Made by a program: the position numbers and the translations under genes. Positions 13,677-26,930 of a stretch of 64,000 nucleotides of DNA are shown here, in pieces; position 1 is the first letter of the stretch; every line of letters starts with the position of its first letter. Origin of the DNA: Diadema antillarum. Its lineage: Eukaryota. The stretch covers positions 248,001 through 312,000 of the forward strand of contig NW_027272894.1 in assembly GCF_040938485.1 (NCBI RefSeq), given 5' to 3'. The notes below the pieces were generated by a model. It did not search any database. It was not told the DNA's origin and saw only the letters and a list, made by a program, of their open reading frames with translations.

Positions 13677-14686
13677 TCTACACGTGATGAAATGATAAAG
13701 TTGTATGGGATTTCAAGGTATTGCAAGTTTTTGGGAAACAACAATATCTCTTGGGGGAAAGTATCACTGTATCACTGATAACAATTACACAGTGTATGCA
13801 AATTCGCCGTCACAGCTTATCTCCACTTCATATATGGTTTGTGCCTAAATTTACATCACAAAAATTGTTCTCTTTCAAAACACGATCAAAATACAACCCC
13901 TCAATTTTATAAATCAAGTCGTCATTGCCAAATTATAACTATCCCTTAGAACAGGATTTAGATATTGCTTGATAAACAAGAAAACTTATGGAAATTATTT
14001 TGTGTGTGTGTCCAAGAGAACACGAGACCTGAAAAGCCACAACACGTCATTGCCTTGTCCTATTTGCTTTGTTGCACGTGTCCCCGATATCATCACTGAT
14101 AAAATCTCTGATAAAACACGTAAAATCAAGAAATCAAATTATTTTCTTGCATTCTTTTTCTTTTGTATATATTCTGCTGCAAACCTTGGTGAGCCTATAC
14201 ATCCCTTTTCATGTTACTTTAATTGAGTAGTTTATTATAGTCAAATGGAAAATGGTGGGTGTTTTTACTTTCCCTAATAACAGTGCAATTTTTCTTATCC
14301 GCATCTAAAGTATTTTTATTCCGAATATCGGGAGTAAAGGGAAGTTGATACAAATAAAAACACCGAACACCACATGGTGACCTGTACTTTATCGAAAGAA
14401 GAAGAAATGCGAGGTGCGTGAAGCTACATGAATGAAATGCGATGCACATGTCCGTTATGTATACGGATGTAATCATTTCGACAGACTTAGTTTTATTACA
14501 GAAAACCATTTCCTTCCAAGCATAAATATTATTATCCAAGGATTTTTGCGTATCTCGTGATTTGGGTGATGAAAGCCCTGAGAGCTGTTCAATAGGCCTA
14601 CACCATGGCACACACGCATGCAACGCACACACACAAACATGAACAAACAAGGAACAGACCATCGCTTATTCCAAAGAACAGACGCT

Positions 14687-14912
14687 NNNNNNNNNNNNNN
14701 NNNNNNNNNNNNNNNNNNNNNNNNNNNNNNNNNNNNNNNNNNNNNNNNNNNNNNNNNNNNNNNNNNNNNNNNNNNNNNNNNNNNNNNNNNNNNNNNNNNN
14801 NNNNNNNNNNNNNNNNNNNNNNNNNNNNNNNNNNNNNNNNNNNNNNNNNNNNNNNNNNNNNNNNNNNNNNNNNNNNNNNNNNNNNNNNNNNNNNNNNNNN
14901 NNNNNNNNNNNN
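14687..14912. other. Assembly gap (N run)
   Basis: 226 N. Confidence 1.
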
Positions 14913-15330
14913 ATATCAAAATATTACACCGTGGTGTCACCACGTAACTGACGCCACGAAACCACTCCGCACCGGCCGCATTCACATTGCGCAGCAGTTG
15001 CGCCATTAGGGTCGTCACGTGAAAGCGAATGGCGTTAATCCAACGTTGCGGCTTGTGTAAGTAATACTAGTAACCTACGGGTTGGCCTGATCAACCTCCT
15101 TGGCCTGATATTGGGCAAAAGGTTGCAATTGCGCAACACCAGTAATCCGAGTGAATCGGCTTATCTGGCGATCAATGTCCGCGATTTATGTCACGTCATC
15201 ATGGCCCGATTATGTGGACTACCAGTAACTATCCAATCACAATTTGAGTACAGACTTGTGGAAGTCATCGTTTATAGGGCCTAATCATTTCACATTATAA
15301 ATGGCGCCGACGTCGAAAACTAATCGTTAG
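14913..15330. promoter_or_regulatory. CpG-rich putative distal enhancer upstream of Tribbles
   Basis: CG-rich non-coding block with ATTGCGCAAC (15128-15137), GTCACGTG and CCAATCA; shares two exact motifs with 1247-1376. Confidence 0.4.
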
Positions 15331-16427
15331 TGTATACTAAACACTGACAATGGATCCGAGTTTTGGGACATCCACAGAACTTGTAGTCACAAGATATTCT
15401 ATTCGAATCGTTCTTTTGATTTTACGACACGACGCAGCATTGCTATCCATGACTATAACAGGATTCCCTATATGTGCTATACGATATACCTTTGCATATT
15501 ATCTTTGATAAAATTTACGGTACACATTACATTGGTGCATTAGAATGCAATATACAACAGGTTGTTGAAAGAAATAATAAAATCAATAATAGGGTCTATG
15601 CGTTATGTACTAAGCGTTCTGATATTCATTTATTGTAGCTTCTTAAGAAAGTATCTATAATTTACAAATACGACGATTTAACAGAATCTCTGTGCTCTTA
15701 AAAAGTTAAATTCGTTATTTGACGGAGTCATTTACACATTAAAAAAAAAAAAATGAAGAAGACATTCGCAGTCCTTCAAATCATGTTCATGCATGGGAAT
15801 GGAAAGGAATCCCAGCAATGTATTTCGAATTGTGAATACACGGTCGAAGTCGATACTATCATAATCATAATCCTCCGCAAAATGTTTCACAAAATAATGA
15901 TAACAGCTATACAGATTGCATAAAGAATTTCTTTTGTGGAATGGGGGAAGGAAACTCATCTAGGCTTAATCGTTGAAACATTACAAAATCGTTCAACTGA
16001 TCCATAAATCACACACACCGAAGAAAATAATAACCGGGCATGCCGGGGGAAAGTGCATGATTTTGTAACGTATTGAAAGGCTGCACATTCATAACAGGCT
16101 CTTACATATTATTACGATTTACAGTTATTTCTGCGTTGGTATAATGAACCTTGCATAATGTCAAGTAAATGTAAGAATTTTCTATTTTCGGAGTAAGAGG
16201 GTATAATATATTATTATATAAATATAATGTTGCTTTCCTGTCCTCCCCTCTCTCTTGGATCTGTAAGTAGAGTTGATATACAGTAGGATGTAGGATTGGG
16301 AGTTACATGTACACATATAATAGGCTAATGGATTGAAGAATAATATCTTTCAGCTATATACGGGCGGTTCAGCTGGCCAGTACAGAATGAATCGCGTATA
16401 TTTTGTGTTCTGCAGAAGCTCGGTATA

Positions 16428-16620
16428 TTATAGTCTAGTGGACATGACGCATGTCCACACCAGTTATAAGGTCGTGGAATCAAATCCCACCCAGGTAAGT
16501 GTCCATGATTTGTTATTATTATTGTTATTATTACTATTATTATCATCATCATCATCATCATCATCATCATCGATGTTATTGTTGTTCATCTTCTTCTTGT
16601 TATTGTTATTATCAATCATT
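16428..16620 (+). mobile_element. tRNA-derived SINE head followed by (TTA)n/(TCA)n tract
   Basis: TAGTCTAGTGG A box, GGAATCAAATCCC degenerate B box, then a microsatellite tail. Confidence 0.55.
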
Positions 16621-16724
16621 GTAAGAAGGGCCTGAGGGCTAATGGGGTAATGGGGGGGGGGGGGGGAGGGAGGGTCAAGAACAATGTACACCCCCCACAT
16701 GTGCGATGTATATTTTATCTATTT

Positions 16725-16742
16725 ATCTATTTATTTAATTAT

Positions 16743-16778
<36 letters not shown>

Positions 16779-16800
16779 ATATCTATCTATTTATGTATAT
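16725..16800. repeat. (TATC)n/(TATT)n microsatellite
   Basis: Tetranucleotide run. Confidence 0.9.
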
Positions 16801-19800
16801 ATATGGTATGATAACACGTTTTGCGCTGTGTGATGTGTGAAAAGATGTGCAAAAATTACAGGTAAATAATTTTTAGATGTCTCTAAAACATGACAACAAA
16901 ATGTTTTCTCGATATGGATGAGAACAAGAAATGGAAATAGTAGCTTTTGGTTTCTGAGGACAAATTTTACACTGATATTCTTGTAATCATATACGCACGA
17001 CACACAAACACACACGCATTCTCACACTCAACATTCTACACATCTGCCACGGATATCTTCTGACTTTCTTTATCCCACAGATCGAACTTCGAGTTGTTGC
17101 GTTTTTAATGAATTTTATACATAAAATGTACATGTTCACATAGTAAAATATCAAATTAACTGTATCAGATAAAACACCTTCCTTGTCAACCCCACTCAGC
17201 AGTCTCAACGTACTATTTTCATAATCATCTATTTGTCTAGATTTTTTTTTTTTTTTGTTCAACAGGATTAGCGACTTATAAATACGAATGCATCAACTTA
17301 ACATGTGGTTCAGAATCAAAATAGTTGGGCTGTTAATGTTACTATAAAGGAAGCATGTAAAAACGATGTTTGCTCAATTGAAGTCTGATAATGTTGGCAT
17401 CATACTCTTCATTGCAATTCGAAAAGACGAATATTGTGACAAAGATGCAAGTAATTACATAATAACTACCACCATACCGAAGATAGATGAATTGGAAAAT
17501 ATACATCCACAATTAGACATAAATTGACGAAATGAAAACATAAATCAACAAAAGAAATATAGCTAGTTCACAGTTAGCAATGGTGTTCAATGAGCTCTGA
17601 ACAAAATACTTTTTTAAAAAACACGGGTTGGTCTTTTAATCAGGAGAGCATGCATGATTGAAAACAGCCAGGCAGAAAATGGTAATCTACTTGAAGTAAG
17701 TGCTGCATGAATGGCCCTGGGTACTTCGGTTGAAATGAATACACTTTCACCTCATATGCACCTAATAAGCTAATTCATTTGATATTTATAACATACACGT
17801 AGTTTTCATGAAGACCTAGCCAATTTTTCAAATACTTCAGTTAAAAGTCAGGTTCAAGAAAAGTTTGCAATGACCTTTATCCGCACATGCACAAAATGTA
17901 ATTGTGAACTGGCTAATTTTATTGTAAACTGGTATCGTTTGACAGCTGTAATGTGGTCATACATGTACATAAAACTGCAGTATGGGAAAAAAAATCCTTG
18001 ACGGGTGAACTGAATTCCACCAACAAGTACGCAATTCTCTTTCGGATGAACATTTCTAAAGACTTCTGACTAATGAAACGGTAACATATAAATGCTTAAA
18101 ATGATGACGCAATGGGCAGTTTTACCCAAATAATGAAAATGTTTGGCTTTGTTTGGAGCAGAAACGAAATTGAATAAAGGAAGAATGCTGCATAATCTAA
18201 AATATGAAAACAGTGACAAAGAGAAATGGAAAGGTAAAACAGATATATGCATTATAAAATATTCAAGCAACTAATATACACTCTGAAAGATTAATTTGAA
18301 TATAGAAATCGTTTCAAAAGGGGAGGTACAAGATTTCTGCTCAAATTTTAGTTAGATTCCATTCAAATATCGCAGAATCTATAGATAGACATGAAAAGAA
18401 TCCATTTTTTTTCATTGTAAACAAAAGCCTTGTAATTCTCCATCTAAAATGATTCCTCTTCAAAACTGCTTTTACAGTGTACAATGTCTCCGCATCCGCC
18501 CTAAAAACAAAACGAAACGAAACGGAACATCATTTCTTTGTTTTTGTTCCTGCTGATGATATCGGAATGTCGTCAATTTCATGAGCAATCATTTGCGATA
18601 GTGTATTTGCCAATTATTAAACGAATCGTATTTTCCATGATTTTCAAGCTGCCATATACTTTACGTTCGCATGAGACTCGATTTGCGATACAAGTAGGTA
18701 GCACTTGGTCAAAGTTTAGTTTGGTACAATTGTAGTACAGATTTCGTGCGACGAACACATTTACATTTACATTTATCCAATTTCATCAACCCTTTCACTT
18801 TTTTTTTCATCAACCCTTTCACTTTTTTTCATCGATTTTCTTTTGTAACTTGTTCAGTGCTTGTCATTTATTGTGTAACATTGTATAATTATGTTTGCAT
18901 TTTCGCCGTGTGTATGTACGTTTTGTTATTCGATGTAAAACACGGCCTTCCTGAAAAACAGCTGTCCAGCTGAAAGCAGGCTTTTATTTCCGTGTATACT
19001 AGTAAATAAAATAAACTCAACTCAACTCAAACTTCAGCCACTTTAGTATCCTTCGTTTCGGTCAAGGTTGTAGAACAGTCTTCACATGGTTAACTGATGT
19101 TAAAACTTAAATATTGTTCGGAGATACATTTGTGTACACTATTCAATTACAGTGCCGGCATAACCATGATGGAATAAGCAAAAGTTATTCATAATTCTTA
19201 GGATGAAGGTTACTTCCAAGAGGTATATTTATAATCATGGTAACATTATTTTCTTTGACAATGTGTTCTGCTAAGATAACCAGCTGACTGGGCAGAACCT
19301 CCTCATTTTGGTGAATGTCAGCATGGTAACACGTCCCCTTTTTTCCGGCGGCATGCACCTTTTGCCGCTAATGAACAACTTTCCCCGTACTGTTACGAGA
19401 AGATGCGATTGTCGATATGCACTAATGTAAGTCATGTTGCATTTCTTATATTATGGCATGCATTATGTTAATTACAATGTCCCCCCTTCATTACGTTGAC
19501 AATAATTAGCATCATCTACTCTTTCCATAATCAGCTACCATGGCTATCTTAACAAATCCATCCAAAATGTGATTTCACGAGCAGCAGTTGCGAACTTCGT
19601 CGCCACAAAAACATGCAAATACCAGCAATATAATTATGACGCTGGTCCTTGTGCCCGACAGCATATTTGCTCAGTTAGGAAAAAAAAATCAATCAATCAA
19701 TAAGAAAATATACAAAAAAGGGATCGTTCATGTAGATTCTAGTACCATCAGCACAGGTCTTTCAGATCATATTGCACTTCCTTCGTTAAACATTTCAAAC

Positions 19801-20385
19801 CAATTAAATACTACTAGTACACTAAGTTGTATAAATTTTGACATTATGTTATCATGCAGGTAGCCTATGCGTAACACTTTCGCAGTTATTCCTTTATAAG
19901 AACTGTATCGCGTTGAATGACGCGAAAAGAACCTACAACAAGCAGGCACATCACTTTATACGATATCATTGGTAGATTCAGTAAAAATTTACTGTTCGTA
20001 CACAAACAGTAACTTTCAAACTACGGTCAATCTCGCGCCTAAAGTCGACCTAGCACGAGTTAACAAATTGGCAAAAGCGAAGAAAAAAAATTTACCTCGG
20101 ATGGATGTAAACATGACTATTGAGATGATCTATTCTGTAAGTCGAAATTCAAGTAAGTCGAAGGATTTTCTCACGCTTCTTTGAACTAGACAAAAACAAA
20201 TTTGACTGTACACCTTGACTATCACATACCTTCAAAAGCAACACGCCTACTATGTTCGGGGAAAGAGCAAGGTAGCGTATAGGTGGAGCAAACGTTCGAC
20301 TAATTCATTTATTTTTGTTTCACCCTCTCTCAAGAACATCATCCTTGAGTGTCGCCGAGATTATACATGAGCCATACAATCGCCG

Positions 20386-21136
20386 GTGATACTAAAAGAC
20401 TTGGACAACCTCACCTACGTCGATGTCACACAAGTCGAGAAACTCAATAAGTCGAAGAACACCTTTACGCCGAACGGATATAAACATGACGATTGTGTTC
20501 ATCTAATCTGTAAGTCGAGATGCACGCAACATGTCGAAGAATTTCAACAGTTCACTTGGGATTCGACTTAGGCGAGGCTGATGTATTGCAATATACACTG
20601 TGAACTCAGACACATTTTGATACGTTTTCCTTACGATACCCCCTTTGGGTGTCAAGTTTAAAATATTGCAACAAACACTACCGAAGCAGTAACTTTTATG
20701 ACCAAGCAGGAATTCGCAACACAGTTACGCCTCTCTACAGACCTCCCTAGAACCCACAAAACTGAATTTTAAACTGACTTGGCTCTGATATTCTAAAAGT
20801 AACAACGTAATCAAGCCTATGGAAGAAGCATATAATCTTTAACCAAATAATACCTACATTACAAGAAAGTTCACTATTTCAGAACAAGTACTTCTAAATG
20901 ACAAAACCGACACCATTATTATCGTAATCATAACCAATGCACATGTAATTGTTCTTACGATGGGACTTTACCACTGAAAGAGAACCTCGACCAGATGCAC
21001 GGCCACTCCCTGTGGACACGTCAACTGCTCACAGAACCGCATACATTTGGAAAGGCATTCGATTCCACTCGACGAACTCAAGAAGATGAGTGAACGTGAC
21101 GCTTGGCGTGACGTCACAATAAGAACGCCGTTCTAG
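20386..21136 (+). mobile_element. Highly decayed LINE ORF2 remnant (RTE-like)
   Basis: Frameshifted fragments in the expected order: ILKDLDNLTYVD (like LTDLDFADD), VEEF..HLG (like VEDFKYLG), LWTRQLL, and IPLDELKKMSERDAWR* (RTE-type DR..WR end). Confidence 0.4.
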
Positions 21137-21787
21137 ATCTTAGCACGACGAACGGGTGGAGTTCAAGATGGACGCGTGCTAGAGAAACGATGTGGCCCAC
21201 GCGCAGAGCTGCAGTATTGATGACCATCCGCAAAGTCGGCGTGCGAATTGGAACGTTTTCATACTCAAAAAGTACCTTCACCCTTACATAAAAAAGAAAA
21301 GATACAAAACTGACCAGCAAAACTGATCCATACGATGTGCTACTAGTAACATAATAGGCCTACTATATTGACATATCCTCGATTGCCTAAAAAAAATAAT
21401 TTCTGTCTAATTCTAAGTCAGGCACTATATCGTGAGCAACCAGAAGGTTTGATTTGATTTTTTTTTTGATTGTTTTTGTTTTTTCATCCAAAACATCAGT
21501 CGTTGAGTTGGATTATGCTCGTAGTGGCTCCTTATCGCCACATTTTCATGATTCTAACGCTAAAACAGTTAAAAAGTAGAAAACTACAGCTCTACGTGCG
21601 ACACTCTTTGACCTTTTTTTTAGCAACCTCTTGCCTCCTTCAAATCTAAAGAGACACCGTTCTAACCCTATAATAAAGAATCAGTAGCTATGCACATTCA
21701 TGGGGAAAAAAAGATGATAATGTAAATCCTTAAATGTGCATTTATAATTAACATTTCATATAAAAAAAAATGTGAAGACAACGTGCG

Positions 21788-21867
21788 TTATAAGGCCTTT
21801 CCGAGATCTATCTTCTTTTGTATTGCCCTCGCTGAATGGTAGATCATCGAATCAATGAGTCCCGCCA
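21788..21867 (-). CDS. ERGIC3: ERGIC3 exon 11 (last coding exon, 80 nt)
   Basis: tttgcAG| (V)AGLIDSMIYHSARAIQKKIDLGKAL*; TAA at 21790-21788; lysine-containing cytosolic tail as in ERGIC3/Erv46. Confidence 0.96.
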
Positions 21868-22859
21868 CTGCAAAGAGAGATGAAACAAATATATATTATA
21901 TAGGTAGAAGCTTTCATGTGCTTTCATATGTCATGATAACAACAAAGAATTAATAATGATAATACAAATTCAAAGAGAATGATTACGAAACGCAAAACGA
22001 ACATCCGAAACAATTCACGAAAATTGAATCAAAGAAGGAAATAATAAATAATTCAAGATTGGTATGATTATTCCACTTTTTACGTTAGTTGGCGTCACGT
22101 CATTTCATGACATATATTTTTGAACCATTTCATGAGATGATGATTTCATTTATTAATTTCATGGAGGACCGAAGTAAAGAAACAGAGCAGAAAAGTTTGA
22201 TCCAATCGAAATAGAGAATGATATAGATATCAAATGATGTTTTACGCGCTCTTGCGAAACAGTGACAACGCCCACATCCACATGATTATTACGCAAATTA
22301 AGCATGGTGATGATATCATATCATAAATGTCCAGCAGGTTTTCAAAACAAATCTTACTAGTACGCATTATTCTTTTGGTCAATGATATAGCACACAAGAT
22401 CCTTTCTGTAGAGGTACAATGTATAACATTGCACTGTCATTCAATACTATCGAAAATATCCACGCAAAGGCTTTATTTTTTTCAGTCAGAATTCATGTCA
22501 GATTGGGAAAGGAAGTGGAAATTTATTTGCAAGCGAATTGGATACTTGTGCAACCAATTTATCTCCTTTACATTTTCGTAACTTTTCCCCATTTCAGTCT
22601 AACTTCAATGCATCACATTTCTGTTTGCCCGATTTTTATTCTCTCTGTCCGTGTCATTTCGTCTTGAAATGCTAGATACGTCAGAAATAAGAGCGATGGA
22701 CGGACTGAACTTTGAATCGGGAGTGCGAGGAAAGACTACCTCATTAATTACCACCGCCAACTCATCTACGTACAAATCAGTGGTATTTTGAGCTGGCAGT
22801 CCAGAGGGTTTAGGGGTAAACACACACACACACAAACACAAATGCAACAAATAATTTAC

Positions 22860-22915
22860 CTGTAAAAACTCCTCCAATTATTGCGCATACGCCAGTCAGG
22901 AAATGCATGAAAGAT
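22860..22915 (-). CDS. ERGIC3: ERGIC3 exon 10 (56 nt)
   Basis: ctgcAG| (R)SFMHFLTGVCAIIGGVFT(V) |GTAAAT. Confidence 0.95.
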
Positions 22916-23610
22916 CTGCAGGGATACGAGGAAAGCTAGAATTAGAGGGCGTCCAGATCCATCACAGTGCATGTATAATCTCGTAATTATGATGTCAACT
23001 TTGAGGTGCTGTTTCAACGTAGTTCATAGAAAAATCGCAAGATTATGTAAAGAGATCACAAAGTGGTAAACTGTGCTTTGAGTATTTACGATGTATAGTG
23101 AATTCTGTACACGCATATAAATTACATACCACTATTAAGTAGGGCCCTATTTACATTTTGTGTCAAGATGTAAAACTTTGCTAAATAGCAACCAGTCATA
23201 CGCAGTGTACTACATGCGTCAATGTACAAAATCATCATTCCTTTCAGCTACTTCACTGAAATTGTTCAACGAAAACAAACACAACGATAAGTGAAGCGTG
23301 CTTTTTTTTTTTGCTTTTTTTTTCTGTTATGTTGACTTCTTACTCATTTGAATTCCAAAGACAAAATGGCATTATAATCAAAATTGGTAAGCCTTTGTTT
23401 TGCCCTCGCGAGAACGACATAAAGCCCGATCATTTGTAGTGTAGGCTATTTCATTGTTTGTACTTTGTTTTAATGTTCATGACATATTTATCTGTACATA
23501 ATGTAAGCAGGGCCCCTTGGTAGAACAGTTAACCAACTGAAAGGGCTACCTTGCTAAAAGAATATTGAAATAAATAAAGCAAACAAATAAATGCCATGCG
23601 TTGCACTCAC

Positions 23611-23818
23611 CTTTGTTTTTCTGTAAATCTGACCATCAAAGGTGATAGCTCGTAGAGCACGAAAATTCCTGGCAGCCCGTGTTCGCCGGCCGAGAAGGTT
23701 GTTGTTACTTGCTTCTCGTGTCTTGTCACTGAATATTGGTTGGTTCGTGTCACCGTCTTATCGAGCTTGGTATAAGTCGTCGGAACAATTTTAACGAAAT
23801 ATTGAAACATCGACGATC
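23611..23818 (-). CDS. ERGIC3: ERGIC3 exon 9 (208 nt)
   Basis: ttcAG| (G)SSMFQYFVKIVPTTYTKLDKTVTRTNQYSVTRHEKQVTTTFSAGEHGLPGIFVLYELSPLMVRFTEKQ(R) |GTGAGT. Confidence 0.96.
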
Positions 23819-24245
23819 CTGAAGGAATAAAAGAAAATAAGAGAAATAAAATAGATAACGTGACAAATAATTATGACAATGCAGGAGAGACTGCAGGCTA
23901 AAAGACTGTGGTGTGAATTTGAAGAATGAGCGGCCTTGTTTTCATGCTTGTATACGTAAACGCTGACATCACAACCAGATCAGATTATTGTTGGCGGAAC
24001 AAGACGTTAGTAATTATGCCTCTTTTTTTCATGGGTCCATCGATCGTTTTGTTGTTTGATGGGTGTGGTGTTATTTGTTTGTTTGTTCACTATTTCTTGA
24101 TGCAGGAAAACGTATTGAGGGCCGGCATGCGAAGCGGCATTATGATGTGATGTCCGATGCATGTATTCAGACATACTCTTCCCCCCCCCCCCCTCTCTCT
24201 CTCTCTCTCTCAAAAAAAAAAAAAAAAAGAAGAAGAAGAAAAGAA

Positions 24246-24524
24246 TGAAAACGTTCACTCACGAAGGGGTGAATTTCAGAAAAGAGTGCATTTTAGTAAA
24301 GTGAAATCGTAGTGAATCTGGAGTAAAAATACGTTGGTTTGTTGTTGTTTTTTTCTCATTTATTTTGGAGTGACCGCAGGGATCACTCAAAAACCTTTGA
24401 GTGATCCCTTTTGGTCTGCACTCCAAAATTGGTGAAAATAAAAATTTTTACTCAAAATTCATTCCAATTTCACTCTAAACTCACTCTATTCTGTTATCCA
24501 CTCCTTCAAAAGTGAAATTTTTCA
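24246..24524. mobile_element. Palindromic GAGTGA-rich foldback MITE, family D copy 1
   Basis: Inverted arms built of GAGTGA/TCACTC repeats around GGGATCACTC..GAGTGATCCC; cleaner copy at 54815-55069. Confidence 0.7.
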
Positions 24525-25015
24525 CTATTTTGGGTTTGTTTGTTTGTCTTTAGAGAGAGAGAGTAGGCCTGTGTATAATAACGTTTTCTTTGACGAAGTG
24601 ACTGATGTCCATAAGATGAATGGGGGGGGGGGATAATCTGATATAAAAATACATGAAGCTCCATCCCGGTTCACTTTGACGTAAGCGTCATCGAGATCTT
24701 TTTCTTCCGCAGCACTTGTCGGCAGGGAGGTGGGGGGAGTCTCTTTCTACCTCTCTGTAGTCAGCGAGCTGTAGATTGTAAAGTGAATCAAACTGCATTC
24801 AATTATACGCACGGACAAATAGAATGCACGGTTTCTTCGCTACAGTGAATTTGTGTGCGAGAAATCATGGTCAAAGCGCAGGACCAGCGTACTCCTCAAT
24901 ACTGAAGAGGGCCTATTATTACATTACTTATTTTCTGTAAGAGTGATTATTGACAGGTCAGAATATTGACGGCGGTACTGTAGTAGAACGAATTGGTGCC
25001 GATGCCAACAGACTG

Positions 25016-25418
25016 AAAGAGCTGGCGTAGTATTGGTTGAGGTGAAGATTCAGCCGTTAACTTTTTTGCAACTAAGAAAGCAGTCTATAAAATGCTACAG
25101 ATCATACGAGTTTAAGAGGAATTCCAAGTTCATTTGATGAAAATCGGTTTTAAAATGGTTGAGACATCTAAAAACAAAGTAAAACAAAGCAATTCTAATA
25201 AAAGGTGGGTCCCACCTTTTACTAGTAATTGGATTGCTTTGTTTTTTATATCTCAGCCATTCCAAAACCAATTTTCATCAATTAAACTTGGAATTCCCCT
25301 TAAAATTATATGCTCTTTCATATTTCATAAGAGATCTTTCATTATCTCACAAAATCATCATCAAAAAACGTTGGAAACCTGCAGCCCCATCTCAACCGAA
25401 ATTGTACCCATCCCTAAA
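25016..25418. mobile_element. TTAA-type (Kolobok-like) non-autonomous element, family C copy 1
   Basis: Aligns by eye with 27425-27852 and, inverted, with 35754-36141; internal ~190-bp foldback TTAAGAGGAATTCCAAGTT...AACTTGGAATTCCCCTTAA (25112-25303). Confidence 0.75.
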
Positions 25419-26499
25419 TCCACTGACACTCATTCGGAATTTCTAAATCGCATACTATTTGAATGAACTCGTTAACGGTGAAAAACAAAAGCTGAAAAGA
25501 AAGAAGGGAAGGATGAAGACTTTTTTGTTTTAAAGAATATTTTATTCTTCATCAATGGAAACATAACATACAAATAAATTGATACAGAAATCTCCGGACC
25601 AATTTTATAGTCCTTTTCATCAATGGATGCAAAACTGATATCAAAACTTAACATTGATTTAGCATGTTTTGATACACTCTGGTACATTTTTTTCACAATC
25701 AATATACACAATCCATATATAAACATCTCTTCTTTTCTAATTTTACATTATTAATTCCTCAATCTCTTAACAATTTTTTTCTTTCATTACATAATAAATT
25801 CTATTAACTGAATCACTTACCCCAAAAATAATTTCTTTTCAGCTTTCATACAATCCAACCTAAAATATCAATATCCATTGATTGAAGTTTTTTGTTAAAA
25901 AAACAAAACAAAACAACCCCCCTCGCCACCCCCCCCACTACTCAATACCCCCGTCCATTCTCCCTCTTACTACCCCACCCCGTCCCCCCTCCCCCTTCCA
26001 AAACCCCCATCACAACAAAACCTCAAAAGCAACTGAAACCTGTGTGTCCTGACTTACATTATAACACTTAATACGAGTGCGTGGAAAAGGCATTTCCTGG
26101 TGGATGTACGGCAGACCATACTCTGTTAAATAAACGCAAAGCAAATTCTCAATTCTTTTTCCAGTTTTCCCACTTTTGTAAATGTATTGACAACGTATTA
26201 CGTATAACTGCTAATTTTTCTTCTTCTAACCTATCCTGCTCTATAGACCTTTTAATGAAAAATTCCGTTGGGACGCAAGCGTTGATCGATAGACTGTATT
26301 TTAGCGTATAATCGATTAAAGTACTAATCGACCGCATTTACTTGCTTGGCCGCTATCCGTACACAATTACTGGCGAGTACCCGATCACATTTGGACCTCT
26401 AATAACTCCTAAAGACCTTTCAAGCTGTAAAATATCACCAGAGTTGGTGCTGAAGATATGAAGGTGTAAGATACTGAATAACGTCAACATAACGCAATT

Positions 26500-26588
26500 C
26501 CTCAGATTCGCTTTCTCAAGGGATCAGAAGAGACGAACACACCAGCCATTCACTCCCACCAGCGAATAGCAAGGTGTGGGACTAAAAG
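26500..26588 (+). other. ROMO1: Candidate non-coding first exon of ROMO1
   Basis: CG-rich block with ATCGAT motifs at about 26285-26320 and a donor AAAAG|GTAAAC at 26588/26589. A matching acceptor aacAG at 27981-27982 lies 42 nt before the ATG. Start coordinate approximate. Confidence 0.35.
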
Positions 26589-26930
26589 GTAAACCAGCAA
26601 GCACGTCACGCACGTAGGCAGCAGGGATAGCGCGTCTGCTGCGTAGCTATGTATTGTAGCTGGGTAGCGACTTGGATATGTACCGCAGCTAGCAAGCTTG
26701 CCTTTGTTGGCAGACCAATCTCTGAATCTTGGGCAAATTTTGCGGCGTAAATACCACAATATTCTGCAATAGATGTTAAAAGCTACTCCAAGAACAGCTT
26801 GCGTGTTCTTTTCAATTCCATTTTTAGATTTATTATTTATTTTTTAATTTAATATTAGATCTATTTTATATTTTTTAAAGCAAAATCCGGATTGATGAAC
26901 AGGCTCTTGACTTGAGTCCTGGGGCTTTGA

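Noticed and set aside
14473-15018. Long ORFs spanning N runs (also 41237-41921 and 55592-56068)
   Set aside because: Artefacts of translating N as X, apart from the true ERGIC3 exon 6 portion.
16428-16500. Possible tRNA genes here and at 1805-1867, 40841-40910 and 47273-47382
   Set aside because: A and B boxes are present, but acceptor and anticodon stems do not pair; these are SINE heads.
19588-19863. ORF containing ...STGLSDHIAL, like the LINE endonuclease SDH motif
   Set aside because: Single short motif, and too close to the RT-like fragments at 20386 for an intact layout; not enough to extend the LINE call.
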